Below the pieces are notes generated by a model. The model was not told where the DNA came from and searched no databases. It saw only the letters and a program-made list of their open reading frames with translations. 64,000 nucleotides of DNA from Ginglymostoma cirratum (lineage: Eukaryota), in NCBI GenBank assembly GCA_024137785.1, contig JAHRHZ010000036.1:1174333-1238332 (forward strand), read 5' to 3'. Within the stretch, counting starts at the first letter, position 1. Every line of letters starts with the position of its first letter. Positions 46,290 through 58,949 of the stretch are shown here, piece after piece. The position numbers and the translations under genes were made by a program.

Positions 46290-46632
46290 TATATTTCTGT
46301 GACCTATTTTACAACCTCCAGACATTCCAAAGTAGTTCTTCACCATGATGCACTAGTTGAAGTGTATTCAATGTTCAAGTGCAGGGAAATTCAGCAATCA
46401 ATTGGTACACAGCAAGATCCCATAAACAACAATTTGGGAAATGACCAAATCATCCATTTCAGTGATGTTAATTGGGTTGGTTGGGGATTGGTGTATGTTA
46501 GAGTTGGCCAGTTGCCTTTGGAGGTCTCCATTGACAATTTTCCCAGAGTCAGGAGATCTTTTATTGCTACCTGAGATAAGCAGTTTGAACTTTGATTTAA
46601 TGGTTCAGCTGAAAGATGGCATCTCCAGCAAG
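46290..46632 (-). mobile_element. Deu-domain SINE (SacSINE1/AmnSINE1-like), diverged
   Basis: Reverse complement contains gatgccatctttcagctgaaccattaaa, ctcaggtagcaataaaagatc, aacatcactgaaa..gatgatttggtcatt and gtttatgggatcttgctgtgt.ccaattg, which I recall as Deu-domain blocks. Confidence 0.6.
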
Positions 46633-46723
46633 ACATCCTTGATAATGAGCTGGCTCAAGACTGATGGGCTCTCTTTAAACTTTTCCTATTCTTAAACTAT
46701 TCAAAACAACACTTAATTGGTCA

Positions 46724-46862
46724 GAGATAAAAGGTACTGCAGATGCTGGAGAATCCGAGATAACCAGCATGAGGCTGGATGAACACAGCAGGTCAAGCAG
46801 CATCATAGGAGCAGGAAAACTTGACGTTTCGGGCCTAAACCCTTCATCAGAAATGGGGATTG
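46724..46862 (-). mobile_element. Young PLE pLTR insertion with a 12-bp target-site duplication
   Basis: cttaattggtca at 46712-46723 and 46863-46874. Confidence 0.85.
46820..46853 (-). ncRNA. Minimal hammerhead ribozyme (PLE type, probably active only as a dimer)
   Basis: Minus strand reads UUU-CUGAUGA-A-GGGU-UUAG-GCCC-GAAAC-GUC-AAG: canonical core, GUC cleavage triplet, palindromic ACGU and a 3-bp stem I. Confidence 0.65.
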
Positions 46863-47294
46863 CTTAATTGGTCAACAGTGTTTTTCTCACTGTAAAATAC
46901 ATGTGACAATAAAATCACTCATTCATAAAAGAACATTCATTCATTCATAAAACTTTTCCTATATTCTACTAATCCAGAAACAGTCATTTCCTGAAGGGAG
47001 AGGGTAAACAGCCCCATGAACATATCTTTCTCATCCACAGATATGTTCTGCATCTTTTCTGAATCCTGAATGGGGGACAAATAATGGTTCAGTATTAAGA
47101 GTGATTTATTATTTGAAACGACTGAAGAGTATGCATTTGTGTGTTTTTACAGAGACTCCGTAAGCATTGCATCATTTGACCTTAGGGTAATTTGCCATCA
47201 AATTGAACCTTGTGGGAAGTTGTAGCCACCAAAATCTCCAGGAACTCTACTTATTCAAAAGGTACTCTAAACATTGAAGAGTTAAGGATGCAGC

Positions 47295-47612
47295 AGAGGT
47301 GCTGGTGTAGTGATCCTGGCTACTGTGCTGGGGCTGCAGGTTCGAATCCTGCTGTAGTAGACGGAGCAATTTGAGTTTAACTTTTAAAAGACCTGGAATT
47401 TTAAAATAAATTTGCATAATCATGACCATGTAGCCACTGTTGATTGTTGTGAAAACCTATCTAGTTCACTAACTCCCTTTGAAGCAAGGAAATCTCCCAT
47501 CCTTAGCCAGTCTGGCCCTACATGTGACTCCAGACCAACAGCAACATGGTTGACTCTTATATTAGGGATGGGAAATAAATGTTGGCATAGCCATGAATGA
47601 ATCTTGTGAATA
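47295..47612 (+). mobile_element. SINE family B
   Basis: ggtgtagtg A box, ggttcgaatcc B box, core ggttcactaa...catgtgactccaga. Confidence 0.8.
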
Positions 47613-49269
47613 GTATAGAAATAAAATAAAAATTTTTCATCATGTGTACTTTTACGGTGAAAAGTTTTATAAGTCATCCCACCGTGGCAGCTACATCAAT
47701 GACAGAAGTCATACATAATAATAAAAGAAAGCAAAGTCAAGACAAAGGTCATTACAGTTTATTTAATGGCTTGGAGAAAGCCAATTAAGGAATAATGGAA
47801 TACCCTGAAAACACAGTTGGAATGAGATTGCCACACTGGGGCACTGAAATACTGGGCTGGAAGCCTCCACTGAAGACCACAATGCTGGGCCAAGATCACC
47901 ACTCCTTGACAAGGGCCAAATAGTCTGACTGTTCCCTACGAGAAGGGTTTTGGGGGCAACAGCGGTTATTCCCTGACTAGTCTGGACTCGGGTTTTACCT
48001 ATTTTACAGTTTCAGACTTGAATCCAAAATGCCGGTGCAGCCACAGGAGCTGAGGAGTGGAACCGCTGCCACAGCTTCACCATCTTGATTGAACCAATGT
48101 TAAAAAAAAGCTCAGTTTTAAGGTAATGCCTTTGTCAAAAGATCTGGTAAGATTGTGAAAGCTCGCAGTATTTTTCTTTTAAGTGGAGGAGCTGTGGATT
48201 GTACAGAATATTCTGCTCTCTACCTCATTAGCATTCCATCAGGGAGACTGCACCAGCTCAATTGCTACTGTTACATCTCAGAGGCTGAAGGTGTAACTCA
48301 GAACAATCTCCCTTTGAAAACCCTCCTGATTATATTGGACAGATAATTATTGATCTTCCTGCCGTTTATCCTCACTGACTATTTTCAAGAAACAGTGGCT
48401 GGAGGGAATCACCAAGGGATTCAATTTTCTGGATTTGTCAGAAACAAGAAGATTTATTTGTATCCAAGTAAGGTTTTCATTGGCTGAAAGATTCTGGGAT
48501 TTGTTCACAGAAAACAAGGTGATGTTAGATCATTGTGTTCTGATTTACAGAACTGGGTTTATAGATTTTTTTTTCCTTTTAAAACACCTTGCAAATATCC
48601 TCAGAGGGCAGGACGACACTCCATATTTCTAAGATACATCAAACTGTACAGGTGCTTAGAGGCAATCCAACATATAATAGACGGAGCTTGAGACGCAACG
48701 CTATGAAGTAAAGCTCACAGCTTGAAGGCATGTCACAGAGAGGCTGAGAGGCTAAGGCTGTTGTTGCACACTCCAGCTTCACCTGGATACACATCATAAA
48801 CTAATATTGGCTTGGATTACAGAGCTCCTCAGCCTGGCCAGGCAGACTTTGAACAGAGCAAGATCCCAGTTGGGGCAGGTCGATCTTCCTCAGAGGGGTC
48901 CAACTTAAGCATTAAGCCACTCACTGCATCAAAAAAGCCTACCGGCTATCTTTGGTGGCCATTCTGGACACTTCAAAATGGGCCAGACCAAAAATGGGGT
49001 CACATTCCTCACAGATATACTTTAGGGGAGTCCCTGGGTTGCCTTGCAGCTTACCCTTTTTATGCTGACTGCAAATGGATGCAGGCAAGTCAAATTTCTA
49101 CCATACCATTTTATATCAGGTGCATTTGTTCCTGGTTCAATGCATAGGCTGCTGTCCATGGCTGTTTTCAGAATTTGTTTTGGAAGTTTGTCTATCCCTG
49201 TCTTTTCTCTACTGTAGCATCAGTATGTGTGCAGTCTGCTTTTACCACGTAAAACACCAGTTTAAGAGA

Positions 49270-50310
49270 ACTTGGCTGGAAGTAAAGGCCACATACACCC
49301 AGAGGAACTTGGAGACAATTGAAATCAGATATTGCAAGGGTGGCAAGCTGCTTAATCAGAAACTTTTCCAGCCAAGGCCACAGTCTCCAAGGACATACTT
49401 TGCAATTTTTTATTGCTGATGACTGTGCACCAGCTGCCTAGTTAGAGTTAGACTTGCAATGTAGCATGAACTTGTGCCCCAACACATGCATCAACTTCAA
49501 CCTTATGATCAGCTCAAAGAAATTGGAATTAGTATAGTTTGGTGGTTGGATTTGAGTGGCAGGGATGCCACAGGTCAAAGGACTTCTTTCTGTGCTGTAG
49601 ATCTCTATGACTCTAAAACTGAAGTAACGTCCTTGCTTGCTTCGGGAAAGCCCCATTTGGAGCCCAAGGTTCCAGTCCATAACCTGTCAGGGGTGGATAA
49701 GTCAACTTTTCTTGGCAAGACACCCTCTCAAGCTGTCCATAGTGATGATAGGATACATGCTGGAATGACCGAAGCAAATGTAACCTTCAGCAGACTTCGA
49801 ACGTTAGTCTGGGAATGAAGAGCTACGTTCCCTCTAATTTCTCCAACGGCTGCATGGACCCCTGAGGTCTGTGTGCAGTAGCGGCTGCAGAAGCCAGAAG
49901 TGACTGTGCAGCTTACAGGGAGCATTGGTGAAGAGCAATAAGTCCAGTTATAAAACTGAAAGTTTACAGAACAGTAACCAGTACTACTCTGCTCTACACA
50001 TACGAGTCTTAGACTGTGTACTAGCCTCATGCCAAGAGGCTCAATCACTTACGCTTTCAGAAGCTTCTGAAGTTTAGGCCACAGGATAAGACACTGATAT
50101 TCCTACTTGCACTGCGCATGCCAAGCATTCGCACCATTTCTCAACAATCAGATTTGAGTTAGGCTGGTCATATAACCAGAATGCCAATGTGAATTTCATT
50201 GGAAAGTTTGGGTCTGGCGCCTGCCCTCATGGCAGTCAAAGGATGCAGTACAATGGCACCCTGAAGGCTTTACATAGGAGTGTTGATGTTAACTTTGAAT
50301 CCTGAAACTC
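49270..50310 (+). mobile_element. RTE-clade LINE RT/C-terminal relic with insertions
   Basis: IADDCA motif (~49415); VDKSTFLGKTPSQAVHSDDRIHAGMTEANVTFSRLRTLVWE (ORF 49474); KLKVYRTV...LLYTYES; GSQR.QYNGTLK. Confidence 0.75.
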
Positions 50311-50639
50311 ATCCAGGTTTGTTGCAACTGGCACAACCATATAAAAGACCTCCTTGGTAATCAAGTACCATCCAGACTGCATAATGTTTTCTTTTCCTCT
50401 GTGTCCTCTTACCACACAGACTTCCAAACTTGTTTCCTCTTCCCATTCCCAAACCTGAACACTACATCCCTTGAATATTCGATCATCTCATTGAAGCTCA
50501 TTCCAAAGCAGATATTTATCCAGTAGCTTTAATCATTAACCAACATGAAAAGCCAGATATAAATCAATATCACATCGGGTATGTCAACAGCTTTATGCAA
50601 TCACTGACCTCTAACTGAAGCACTTGTTACTTTTTTTAT

Positions 50640-51630
50640 GAACTTGTGAAATAAGTGCAGAAATAATCCATTCAGATCCTTGTGCCTGTCTCACCGTTTA
50701 ATAAGATCTTGGCTGACCTGTTTGTGTTTTATGACCATCATTTCTCCTGCCTAAGAAAAATCTACCAACATCTGTCTTAGAAATATTAAACAACACCTCC
50801 TCCACCAGCTTCTCAGGCGGAGCTCCAACATTGCATGACTCCTAAGAGAAGAAAAAGTCTCCTTACCTCTGTCCTGAGAAGGCAGCCGCTAATCTTGTGG
50901 CCCCTAGTTCTCGACCGGCTCATTAGAGGAAACATCCTTTCCACATCACCATGTTAGGACTTACACACTTCAATCAAATCACCCCTCACTCTATTAAACT
51001 CCGGTGGAAATGAACCTGTCCAGCCTCTCCTCTATAAGGCAATTCACTTGTTCCAGGTATCAATCTGGTAAACCTTCTCTGAATTGCCTCCAATACCTTT
51101 ACGTCCTTCTTTAAATAAGGGTACCAAATCTACACATTATATTTGAAATGTGGTCTTACCAAAGCCTATATAACTGAAACATAGTATTGTTACTTCTATG
51201 TTATATTCCTCTTGTAATAAAAGCTAGCATCCTGTTAGCCTTCCGGACTACCTGCTGTACCTACATACAAACCTCTTGTGATTGAAACATCAGAAAATCT
51301 CAATCCCAATACACCTTGTAATTCTGCCAGCATTCTTTGTGGAGGTAAAACCCTGATTTTCATTCTTCCTGCCAAAGTGAACAACTCCACATCTTCCTGC
51401 ATTACATACATCTGTCAGAGTTTTTCCCATTCTCTCGTCTTATCTATGCCCATATGCAACTTCCTTTTGTTCTCTTCACAACATATTTTCCATCCCCACC
51501 TTGTTGTCATCTGTGAATTTAGCTACTGTACACTTGCTCCCCTTACCCAAGTCATTGATGTCAGTTGTTAAACAGTGAGGTCCCAGCACAGACCCCTGCA
51601 CAACGTCACTTGCCCCATGCTGCAAATCAC
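50640..51630 (-). mobile_element. CR1 LINE fragment
   Basis: ORF 51476-51736: DVVQGSVLGP...DINDLGKGSKCTVAKFTDDNKVG; the 3' UTR is at about 50650. Confidence 0.8.
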
Positions 51631-51647
51631 ATTCATGCATACTCCAG

Positions 51648-51828
51648 GGGTTTGTTAGCTCAGTTGGCTGGATGGCTGATTTGTAATGTTGGGTTAACAC
51701 TGTGGGTTCAATTCCTGCACAAGCTAAGATCACCATGAAGATCCCACCTTCTCAGCCTCTCCCTTTGCCAGAGCTATGGTGACTACCAGGTTAAAAAGTC
51801 ACTCTGTAATGAGCAAGTGGAACTATGA
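51648..51828 (+). mobile_element. SINE family C
   Basis: gttagctcagttggctggatgg...gtgggttcaattcctgcac. Confidence 0.7.
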
Positions 51829-51829
51829 T

Positions 51830-52675
51830 GGAAACAAACCCTTCAGTCCATGCTGACTATAATCTCAAACTGAATTAATCCCACCTGCTTGCACTTGACC
51901 CATATCCCAAAAAACCTTTCCTATTCGTGAACTTATCTATATGTCTTTTAAATGTTGTAACTGTACCCACTTCCTTTGGAAGTTCATTCCACATATTCTT
52001 GGTGTAAAAAAATTGCCCCCATGCCTTTTTAAAATCTTTCTGCTCTCACCTTAAAAATATGCCCCCTTGTCTTGAAATCCCCCACCCTACGGAAAAGACA
52101 CCTGCCGTTCACCTTATCTATACCCCGTATGATTTTGTAAACCTCAACAAGGTCACATCTCAACTTCCTGCACTGCAGTGAAAAAAGTCCTAGCCATCCA
52201 GCCTCTCCTTAACTCAAACTCCATTCCCAGCAACTCCCTGCTAAATCTCTTTTGAAACCTCCCCAGCTTAATAATATCTTTCTTATAACAGGGTGACTAG
52301 AACTGGACGCAGTACTCCAGAAGAGGCCTCATCAAAGCCTGTACAACCTCAACATAATGTCTCAACTTCTTTACGCAGAGGTCTGAGCAACAAAGGCAAA
52401 CATGCTAAATGCCTTCTTAACCACTCTATCTATAGGTGATGCAAACATGTAATGTGGTATGTACCTGAACCCCTAGGTTTCTCTGTCTAAACTCTTACCC
52501 AAGGCCCTACTTTTAATTGTGTAAATTCTGCCCTTATTTGTTTTACCATAATGCAATACCCCACATTTATCCAAATTAAACTCCATCTGCCACTCTTCAT
52601 CCCATTGGCCTGATTGATCGAGGTTTATTGTCATCTTAGATAACCTTCTTCACTGTCCACTATACCTCCAATGAC
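51830..52675 (-). mobile_element. CR1-group LINE 3' fragment
   Basis: ggaaacaaacccttcagtcc tail; antisense RLYRL..RPLLEYCVQF.SP (gaactggacgcagtactccagaagaggcct). Confidence 0.8.
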
Positions 52676-53599
52676 TTTGCCTTTTTTACTTATTTGGTGT
52701 ATTCTGAAATATCCCTTTAAATGTCTACTGCGCAGTATTGATCTATCCCCTTGCCTAAAGAAAGTGGAACAAGCAAACAAACATCAAGGACAAGTTATGG
52801 GCTACATTTAATTCCTCAATGTACTCCAAGATGCATTCGTCAACCAAGTATTTTCTAAGCACAAGCGTTTCTCCATTCAAAAAAAAATCTCGGGATGGAA
52901 GTTGGTCTTCATTGTGCCTGTGCTTCACACAGAAAATGGTGCAAATGGGTGGATTTGGAAATACAATGCCTGGTGCTGATCACATCTATATAATGGCCAT
53001 CACCGTTTAACAAAGATGGCTTTGCAGGCATTCTGGATGCTGTTTGTTTCCATATATATGAGTATAAATAAATGAAGAGTGTAATGCCGGTAGAGGTTTC
53101 CTTCCCAAAAGTGCGAGAGGCCAGCAATGCGTAAATACATTTTTGTTTGAATAACAAAAAGTTTATCAGTCATTTTCAACAGTTCCAACATCAGGCAAAG
53201 TTCCAACCATAAAGGATGAGCACATGCCGGCAGATAGCATCACACTAAAAATTCGGGACCGAATCTTCCCTGATGGTACCTCTGTGAAGCACTTTGGATT
53301 GTTTGACTACGATAAAGGTGATAAATGCAACATTCTAATGATTGACTTGCCTACATCCTAGCAATCTGCAGATGAATTACAATTAATCTCAGTGTCAACA
53401 AAGAATTCCTGCAGCAAAGTATCCACACATGGATTTTGGTTTCAGACATTGACTGGGGTTTCCAACCTGTTGAATGGCATGTTCACATGTCTAGCTGAAA
53501 AATCCAAAAGCAGCAAGGTTTATTGAAGGAGGCCCTTCAGCCCTTTCAGCCTGTTCTATCATTCAGTTAGATCACGGCGGAGCTTTATTTAAACTCCAT

Positions 53600-54390
53600 C
53601 TGTCATAGGCGAAAAATTTGGTAGATGGTGCATGATGTGACAACTTGTCCACTTTGGCAAGAAGAATTCAAAAAAGTAACTTATTACGTAAATAGAGGGA
53701 GATTACAGAATCTGGAGTACACAGGCATCTGGTGTCCTGGTGCAAGTTCGCAAAATGTCACTAAGCTAGTACAACAAATGATTAAGAAGGGAAATGGGAT
53801 GTTGTTGTTTACTGCAAGGGAAATGGAATATAAAAGTAGGGATTTATCTTACTGTTTTATAGGGCTTTGTAGAGAGCACATCTGAGGCATTGTGTACAGC
53901 TTTGGTCTCCAGATTGCAGAAAGGATATAACTGCATTAGAATCATTGTACATAAGGTTCACTTGGCTGATTCCTGGGATGAAGGGGTTGTTTCATGAGCT
54001 GGACCAGCCTGTATCAATTGAAGGTCAGACAAACGAGAGGTGATCTTATTGAAATGTATAAGATCCTGACGGGTTGTGATAGGGTAAATGCTAAAAGGGT
54101 GTTTCCCCATGTGGGGGAGGCTAGAACTAGGGGACACATTTAAACATAGAAGGGTGTCCCAATTAAGCTAGAGAAGAGGAGTTTGTTTGCTCTCACATCT
54201 CGTTAGTCCGTGGAATTGTCTTCTCTTAAAGCAATAGAGTCAGGGTCACATTTTTTACATTAGGCAGATTCTTGACACACAGGAGTTCAAGGGTCGGAGG
54301 AACATACAGGCCAGAATCAAATAGCCAAGATCTTTACAAATGGCAGATCAGGCTCAAGCGGCCAAATGGCCTGCTCCTGATTCATATGTT
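53600..54390 (+). mobile_element. CR1 LINE 3' portion
   Basis: ORF 53625 (VQQMIKKGNGMLLFTAREMEYKSRD); RGDLIEMYKIL; 3' UTR. Confidence 0.8.
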
Positions 54391-54394
54391 CATG

Positions 54395-54610
54395 CCTGGC
54401 TTTCCTGACAAAAATCTATCAGCCTCATTCTTGAAATTTTCAATTGATCACCCATCTTAGTACAACCTACCCAAGCCCCCTTTATTATGGAGAGAACCTC
54501 AGATTTCCACTACGCTTTGTGTGTAGAAGTGCTCCCTACTTTCACCCCTGAATGGCCCAGCTCTAATTTTAAGGTCATATATCCCTAGTACCAGACTGCC
54601 CCTCCTCACA
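54395..54610 (-). mobile_element. CR1 fragment
   Basis: ORF 54499 (LKIRAGPFRGESREHFYTQSVVEI). Confidence 0.65.
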
Positions 54611-55059
54611 AAAGCCAGATGTAAAAGCCAAGGAGGTGGACCTTGGAGAGTGAAGAGGATAGAATTAGAGGAAGAATCATTTGAAGGGACATCAATCAAC
54701 CGTGGACCTCACGAACATAGAGAATGGCATCATTTTAATTTTGCTTGTACAATATGGTGGTCTTTTTCAGGTTTGAATTAAGATGGGAATCATGACAGTA
54801 ACAAATACCCTACTGCCCCCAAGGGTCAGGGAATGGGGGATGTGGTGGGGTATTGGGAGGCAAAATAATGAACAATAGGTTGACAGGAACCGATGTGTTT
54901 GGAATACCCAAAAAGAAGGAAAATGAATTTTCCAGAATATCCTGCTGGACAACTGCCTGAAGTTTGCAGCATTTCCTGTTGCTGTTATGCGATTTTCAGC
55001 AAGTATAAATTTTAGTTGCCCTTAAACAGCAGATGTTGGTCCTACAGCTCTCCCCAATT

Positions 55060-55240
55060 GGTCCCTTGTGACAGTTGCTATTGATTTTTTGCCTCAGACT
55101 GCATGGCCAGATTAACACTGGTGATAAATGGCTAAGGATTGATTTGCACTTAATTGACAATTTGGTGAACCTGTTTTAAAATCCCTGAGTTTGGGCCCGA
55201 GAACGGTGTATTCATGTGTAATTTATGGCCTGATCAATAA
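55060..55240. promoter_or_regulatory. Candidate developmental enhancer (Pbx-Hox and Meis motif cluster)
   Basis: Repeat-free stretch with TGACAG (55069), TGATAAATGG (55122), TGACAA (55155) and TAATTTATGG (55219). Motif evidence only. Confidence 0.35.
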
Positions 55241-55589
55241 GACTTGGCCTAACATCTATAGTCTTAGTGAGGAGGCAGGAGAGCTGTCAAATTCCAGTCA
55301 AGACTTATTGTTACTGAAGCTTCAACCAAGAGACGACAATTCCTGCTTAGCAACAGAGGGCAGTAGTGTCTCGGAGACTGTGCTGAAGGGACGGAGACCA
55401 GTCTCGAGTTGTTTGCATTTATTCACAACTCCAAGTGAGAAATTAGGATATGATGGGCCAGAAGATAACTTCATGCAATCGCCTACCTATTCCAAATTTA
55501 TGTACTCATTTTTTAAAAAAGTTGCAAGGACGGAAAAGGACAAAAAAATCTGTCACGGAGACTGAGCAGCCAGTCTGTAAAGAATAGAT

Positions 55590-55700
55590 GTTTCCTAATC
55601 AATCTGTTTAGAGATGTTTTTATGCGCCTCTGGAGCTGGGTGAGATTTGAACCTGGGTCTCCTACCTCAGAGGTAGGGACACCGCCACTACACCACAGCA
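55590..55700 (-). mobile_element. Short SINE, family D
   Basis: gatttgaacctgggtct...ctcagaggtagggacaccgccactacaccac. Confidence 0.6.
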
Positions 55701-55764
55701 GCATTAAGGGAGCTGAGTGAGACTGCTCACGTGGAAATGATAAGATCTCCATGTCTTGTAACGT

Positions 55765-56040
55765 AGTATGAGTCATTGAGTCATACAGCACAGAGGGCCT
55801 TTGGCCCATCCAATCTGCAATGACCAAAACCATTCTAAATTTACACTAGGCCCACTTTGCCAGCACTAGGCCCATAACTTTGAATGTTATGACATTTCCT
55901 GTGTTCATCCAAGTACTTTCAAAAGTACTTGCTCTCTCAGGCAGTGCATTCCAGGCCCGAGTGAGTGAGAATGTTTTTCCTCAAATCCCCTCTAAACTTC
56001 CTGCCTTTCACCTTAAACTTATGTCCCCTTGTTATTGACA
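55765..56040 (-). mobile_element. CR1/HER1 3' end
   Basis: gagtcattgagtcatacagcac tail; TRGHKFKVKGRKFRGDLRKN (ORF 55937). Confidence 0.75.
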
Positions 56041-57289
56041 GGGTTCCTCTACATCCACCCTGTCCGCCACCACCAACACCCACAAACCGCACCCCCCTCC
56101 CAACCACCCCCCAACCCAACCCTCTGGATATTGAGGATGGAGAGGGTGGCCCTACACCTCAGTAGGACACTTTCAGCATGTCTCGTCCCTCTAGTCACTA
56201 ATGCCCCACCCAAACTTCAAAGTCAACAGGCTCCAATCTTAGCAGCCTGCCTCCACCCCAACTAGAGACTCCAGGATGGTACCTAGATATAGTGGAAGGG
56301 CAAAAAGAAAGTAAACCTTCTGAAGGCACACAGATAGTAGGTAACTCTTAATTGTGAATAGAATATTACAATTGTAAACATATGAGTGCTTTAAATCATC
56401 ACCAAGTGTCATTTTAGCTACACATACATGGTTGAAACTCAGTAGCAAACTTTCCTTAACAACATCCAAATGTTAAAACCATGTCTGAAAGAATGCTGCT
56501 CTTTCCCTAATACCCTTTGTAGTTTAACATTATATCATTGTTAAATGTGGGAGTGTCAGATGCTGTACAGCTGTCAACAGATTATTTTTATTAAACAACG
56601 GCAGAAGTAAAGGAAGAACAAACGAGAAAGCTACGTCCGCTTGGGGTGCTGTTTGCCTTTGGAGCAACAAATCTACAGTCAATGAACGATGACTTCATCC
56701 AACTTAGATCAATAGGAACTGGGTAACAATTAAGTTCTGCCTGACTTGCTGCTCCCATCTCTGCATCGCTCTATCATGGTGAAGGTAATGTTCCTTTTGC
56801 TCAATGTCCTTATCTTCTTCCTCAGAAGACCGATGTTTCTCTCCAGCTCTTCAACATCTATCAAATCTTCCTTTGGTGAGTCCCAAAGTGCAGCATTGAA
56901 ATGCTATTATGACAGAGTCTGATGAGTTCTGTGATGATGAGTTCAGGCTGGTGTTTTGCTGATTCCTGTGGACGGACAATACAGGTAATCGCTTTACATG
57001 GAGTGTGCCCTGAGACGTTGGGGAACGTTGGCCAAATTGGAAGGCTCCAGAGAAGACACTGGCAATTTGCAGCCACCAAGTACCCACTGTGACATTCAAA
57101 TTGGGCATTGATGCCATTTAAGTTTCTCATCAGTACCTGGGAGAATAGCAGCCTGCATACAAATGAAGTGATGGTTACTAAAGTTGAGATGTTAATGCAA
57201 GCAGACTCTCATCACTTATTTGTGAGATTCCCATCTAATCATTAAAACTTCAAGGGGAAAATTAGGCTACTTTTCACAACAAAGTTTTG

Positions 57290-57895
57290 AAGGTCTACAG
57301 TACAGAAAAGGTTGTTCAGCTCATTGAGATGGTGCTCAAAAACAACCACCTAACCATTTGAAACTCATTTTCCAGGACCTGATCCATAGCCTTGTACATA
57401 GCTTAGATGTTGTGAGAGTTTCTGCTCCCACTACCCTTATTGGCAGTGAGTTCCAGATTCCCACCACCCTCTGGGTGAAAATTATTTTCCTCACATCCTC
57501 TCTAAATGTCCTGCCCTTACCTTAAATTTATTCCGTCTCGTCATTAATCCCTCCATCGAGGGAAAGTTTTATTGCCGTCTACCCTATAAATGCCCCTCAT
57601 AATTTTATACATCTCAATCGTGTTCCTACTTAATCTCCTCTGCTCTAAGAAAATCTCTCTTTGTAACCAAAACTCTCCATCCTGGTAAATCTCCTCTCCA
57701 GCGCTATCACATCCCTTCTATAATATGGATTCCAGAACTATATACAATACACCAGCTGTAGTCTAACTGATATTTTATACAGTTGCAACGTAACCACCCT
57801 GCTCCTAAACTCTGTGCTTTGGCTAATAAAGGAAAGTATTCCAGATGCCTTCTTCAGCACTTTATTAACCTGCCCTGCTACCTTAAGGCAATGTT
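57290..57895 (-). mobile_element. CR1 3' fragment
   Basis: gagttccagattcccaccaccctctgggtgaaa...catcctggtaaatctcctct. Confidence 0.75.
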
Positions 57896-58244
57896 GAAAA
57901 TCTCATAATTTTGTTCTTGTCATATTTTCTGAATTTACCTGCCATTTCCCACAACATTCAGTCACTGGGAAAATTCTATCCCTGGTCTTCCTGTCCATTG
58001 TGTGCAAATGCATGGTAGATGGCGTGTAATATGTATAAATGTAAGATTTTTCACTTTGGTCGATAAAGCAAGAAGGTGGAATATTATCTGAATAGTAATA
58101 GATTGGAAAAGAGAGAGCTGCAATGAGACCTGGGTGTCCTTCTACACCAGTCACTGAAAGTAAGCACTGCATGTGCAGCAGGTGGTGAAGAAGACAAATG
58201 GTATATTGGCCTACATGGCAAAAAGAATCAAATATATAGGAGCA

Positions 58245-58410
58245 AAAGCAAAGTTGCTGGAAAAGCTCAGCAGTTCTGAGGAAGGGTCACCGGACCTAAA
58301 ACGTTAACTCTGTTTTTGCCTTCACAGATGCTGCCCGATCTGCTGGGCTTTTCCAGCAACTTCTGTTTTTGCTCCTGATTTACTGCATCTGCAGTTCTTT
58401 CGGTTTATCA
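58245..58410 (+). mobile_element. PLE pLTR with a short inverted 5' piece
   Basis: cagttctgaggaagggtcaccggacctaaaacgttaactctg; imperfect flanking repeat aatata(t/a)agga(g/a)ca. Confidence 0.8.
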
Positions 58411-58949
58411 AATATAAAGGAACAGACAGGGGTTGTTACAATTGTACAGGGCCTTGGTGAGACAACACCCAGAGTATTATGTACAATTTTTTTCTCTTTA
58501 TCTGAGGACAGATGTTTTAACTATGGAGGGACTGCAAAGAAGACTTATCAGAATGATTCCTTGGATGGCAGGACTTAATATGAAAAGAAACGGGATCATT
58601 TGGGTCTATATTCGCTGAAGTTTAGAAGAACAAGAAGGGATCGCATGGAGACCTATAAAATTCTAGCAGGATTAGACAGGTCAAACACAGGAGGAATGTT
58701 CCCGATGACCCAGGAGTCCAGTCTAAGGAAAAGTGGTAGGCTATTCAGAACAGAGATAGAAAGAAATGTCTTCAGCTAGAGAGTAGTGAGTCTGTGGAAT
58801 TCTCTGCTACAGAAAGCAGTTGAAACCGAAACATTGAATGTTTTCAAGAATGTGTTAGATATAGTTCTTAGCGCTGAGGTAGTCAAAGGTTATGGGAAAA
58901 AACCAGAAACAGTGTCTGAGTTGGACGATCAGCCATATTCATATTGAAT

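Noticed and set aside
55191-55565. 124-aa ORF in unique DNA
   Set aside because: Non-ATG start, no recognisable domain and no convincing splice boundaries.
56851-57130. Overlapping minus-strand ORFs (WPTFPNV...) and TGATGA/CTGA boxes suggesting a transposase or a C/D snoRNA
   Set aside because: There are no ordered catalytic motifs, the box spacing is too short and there is no terminal stem.
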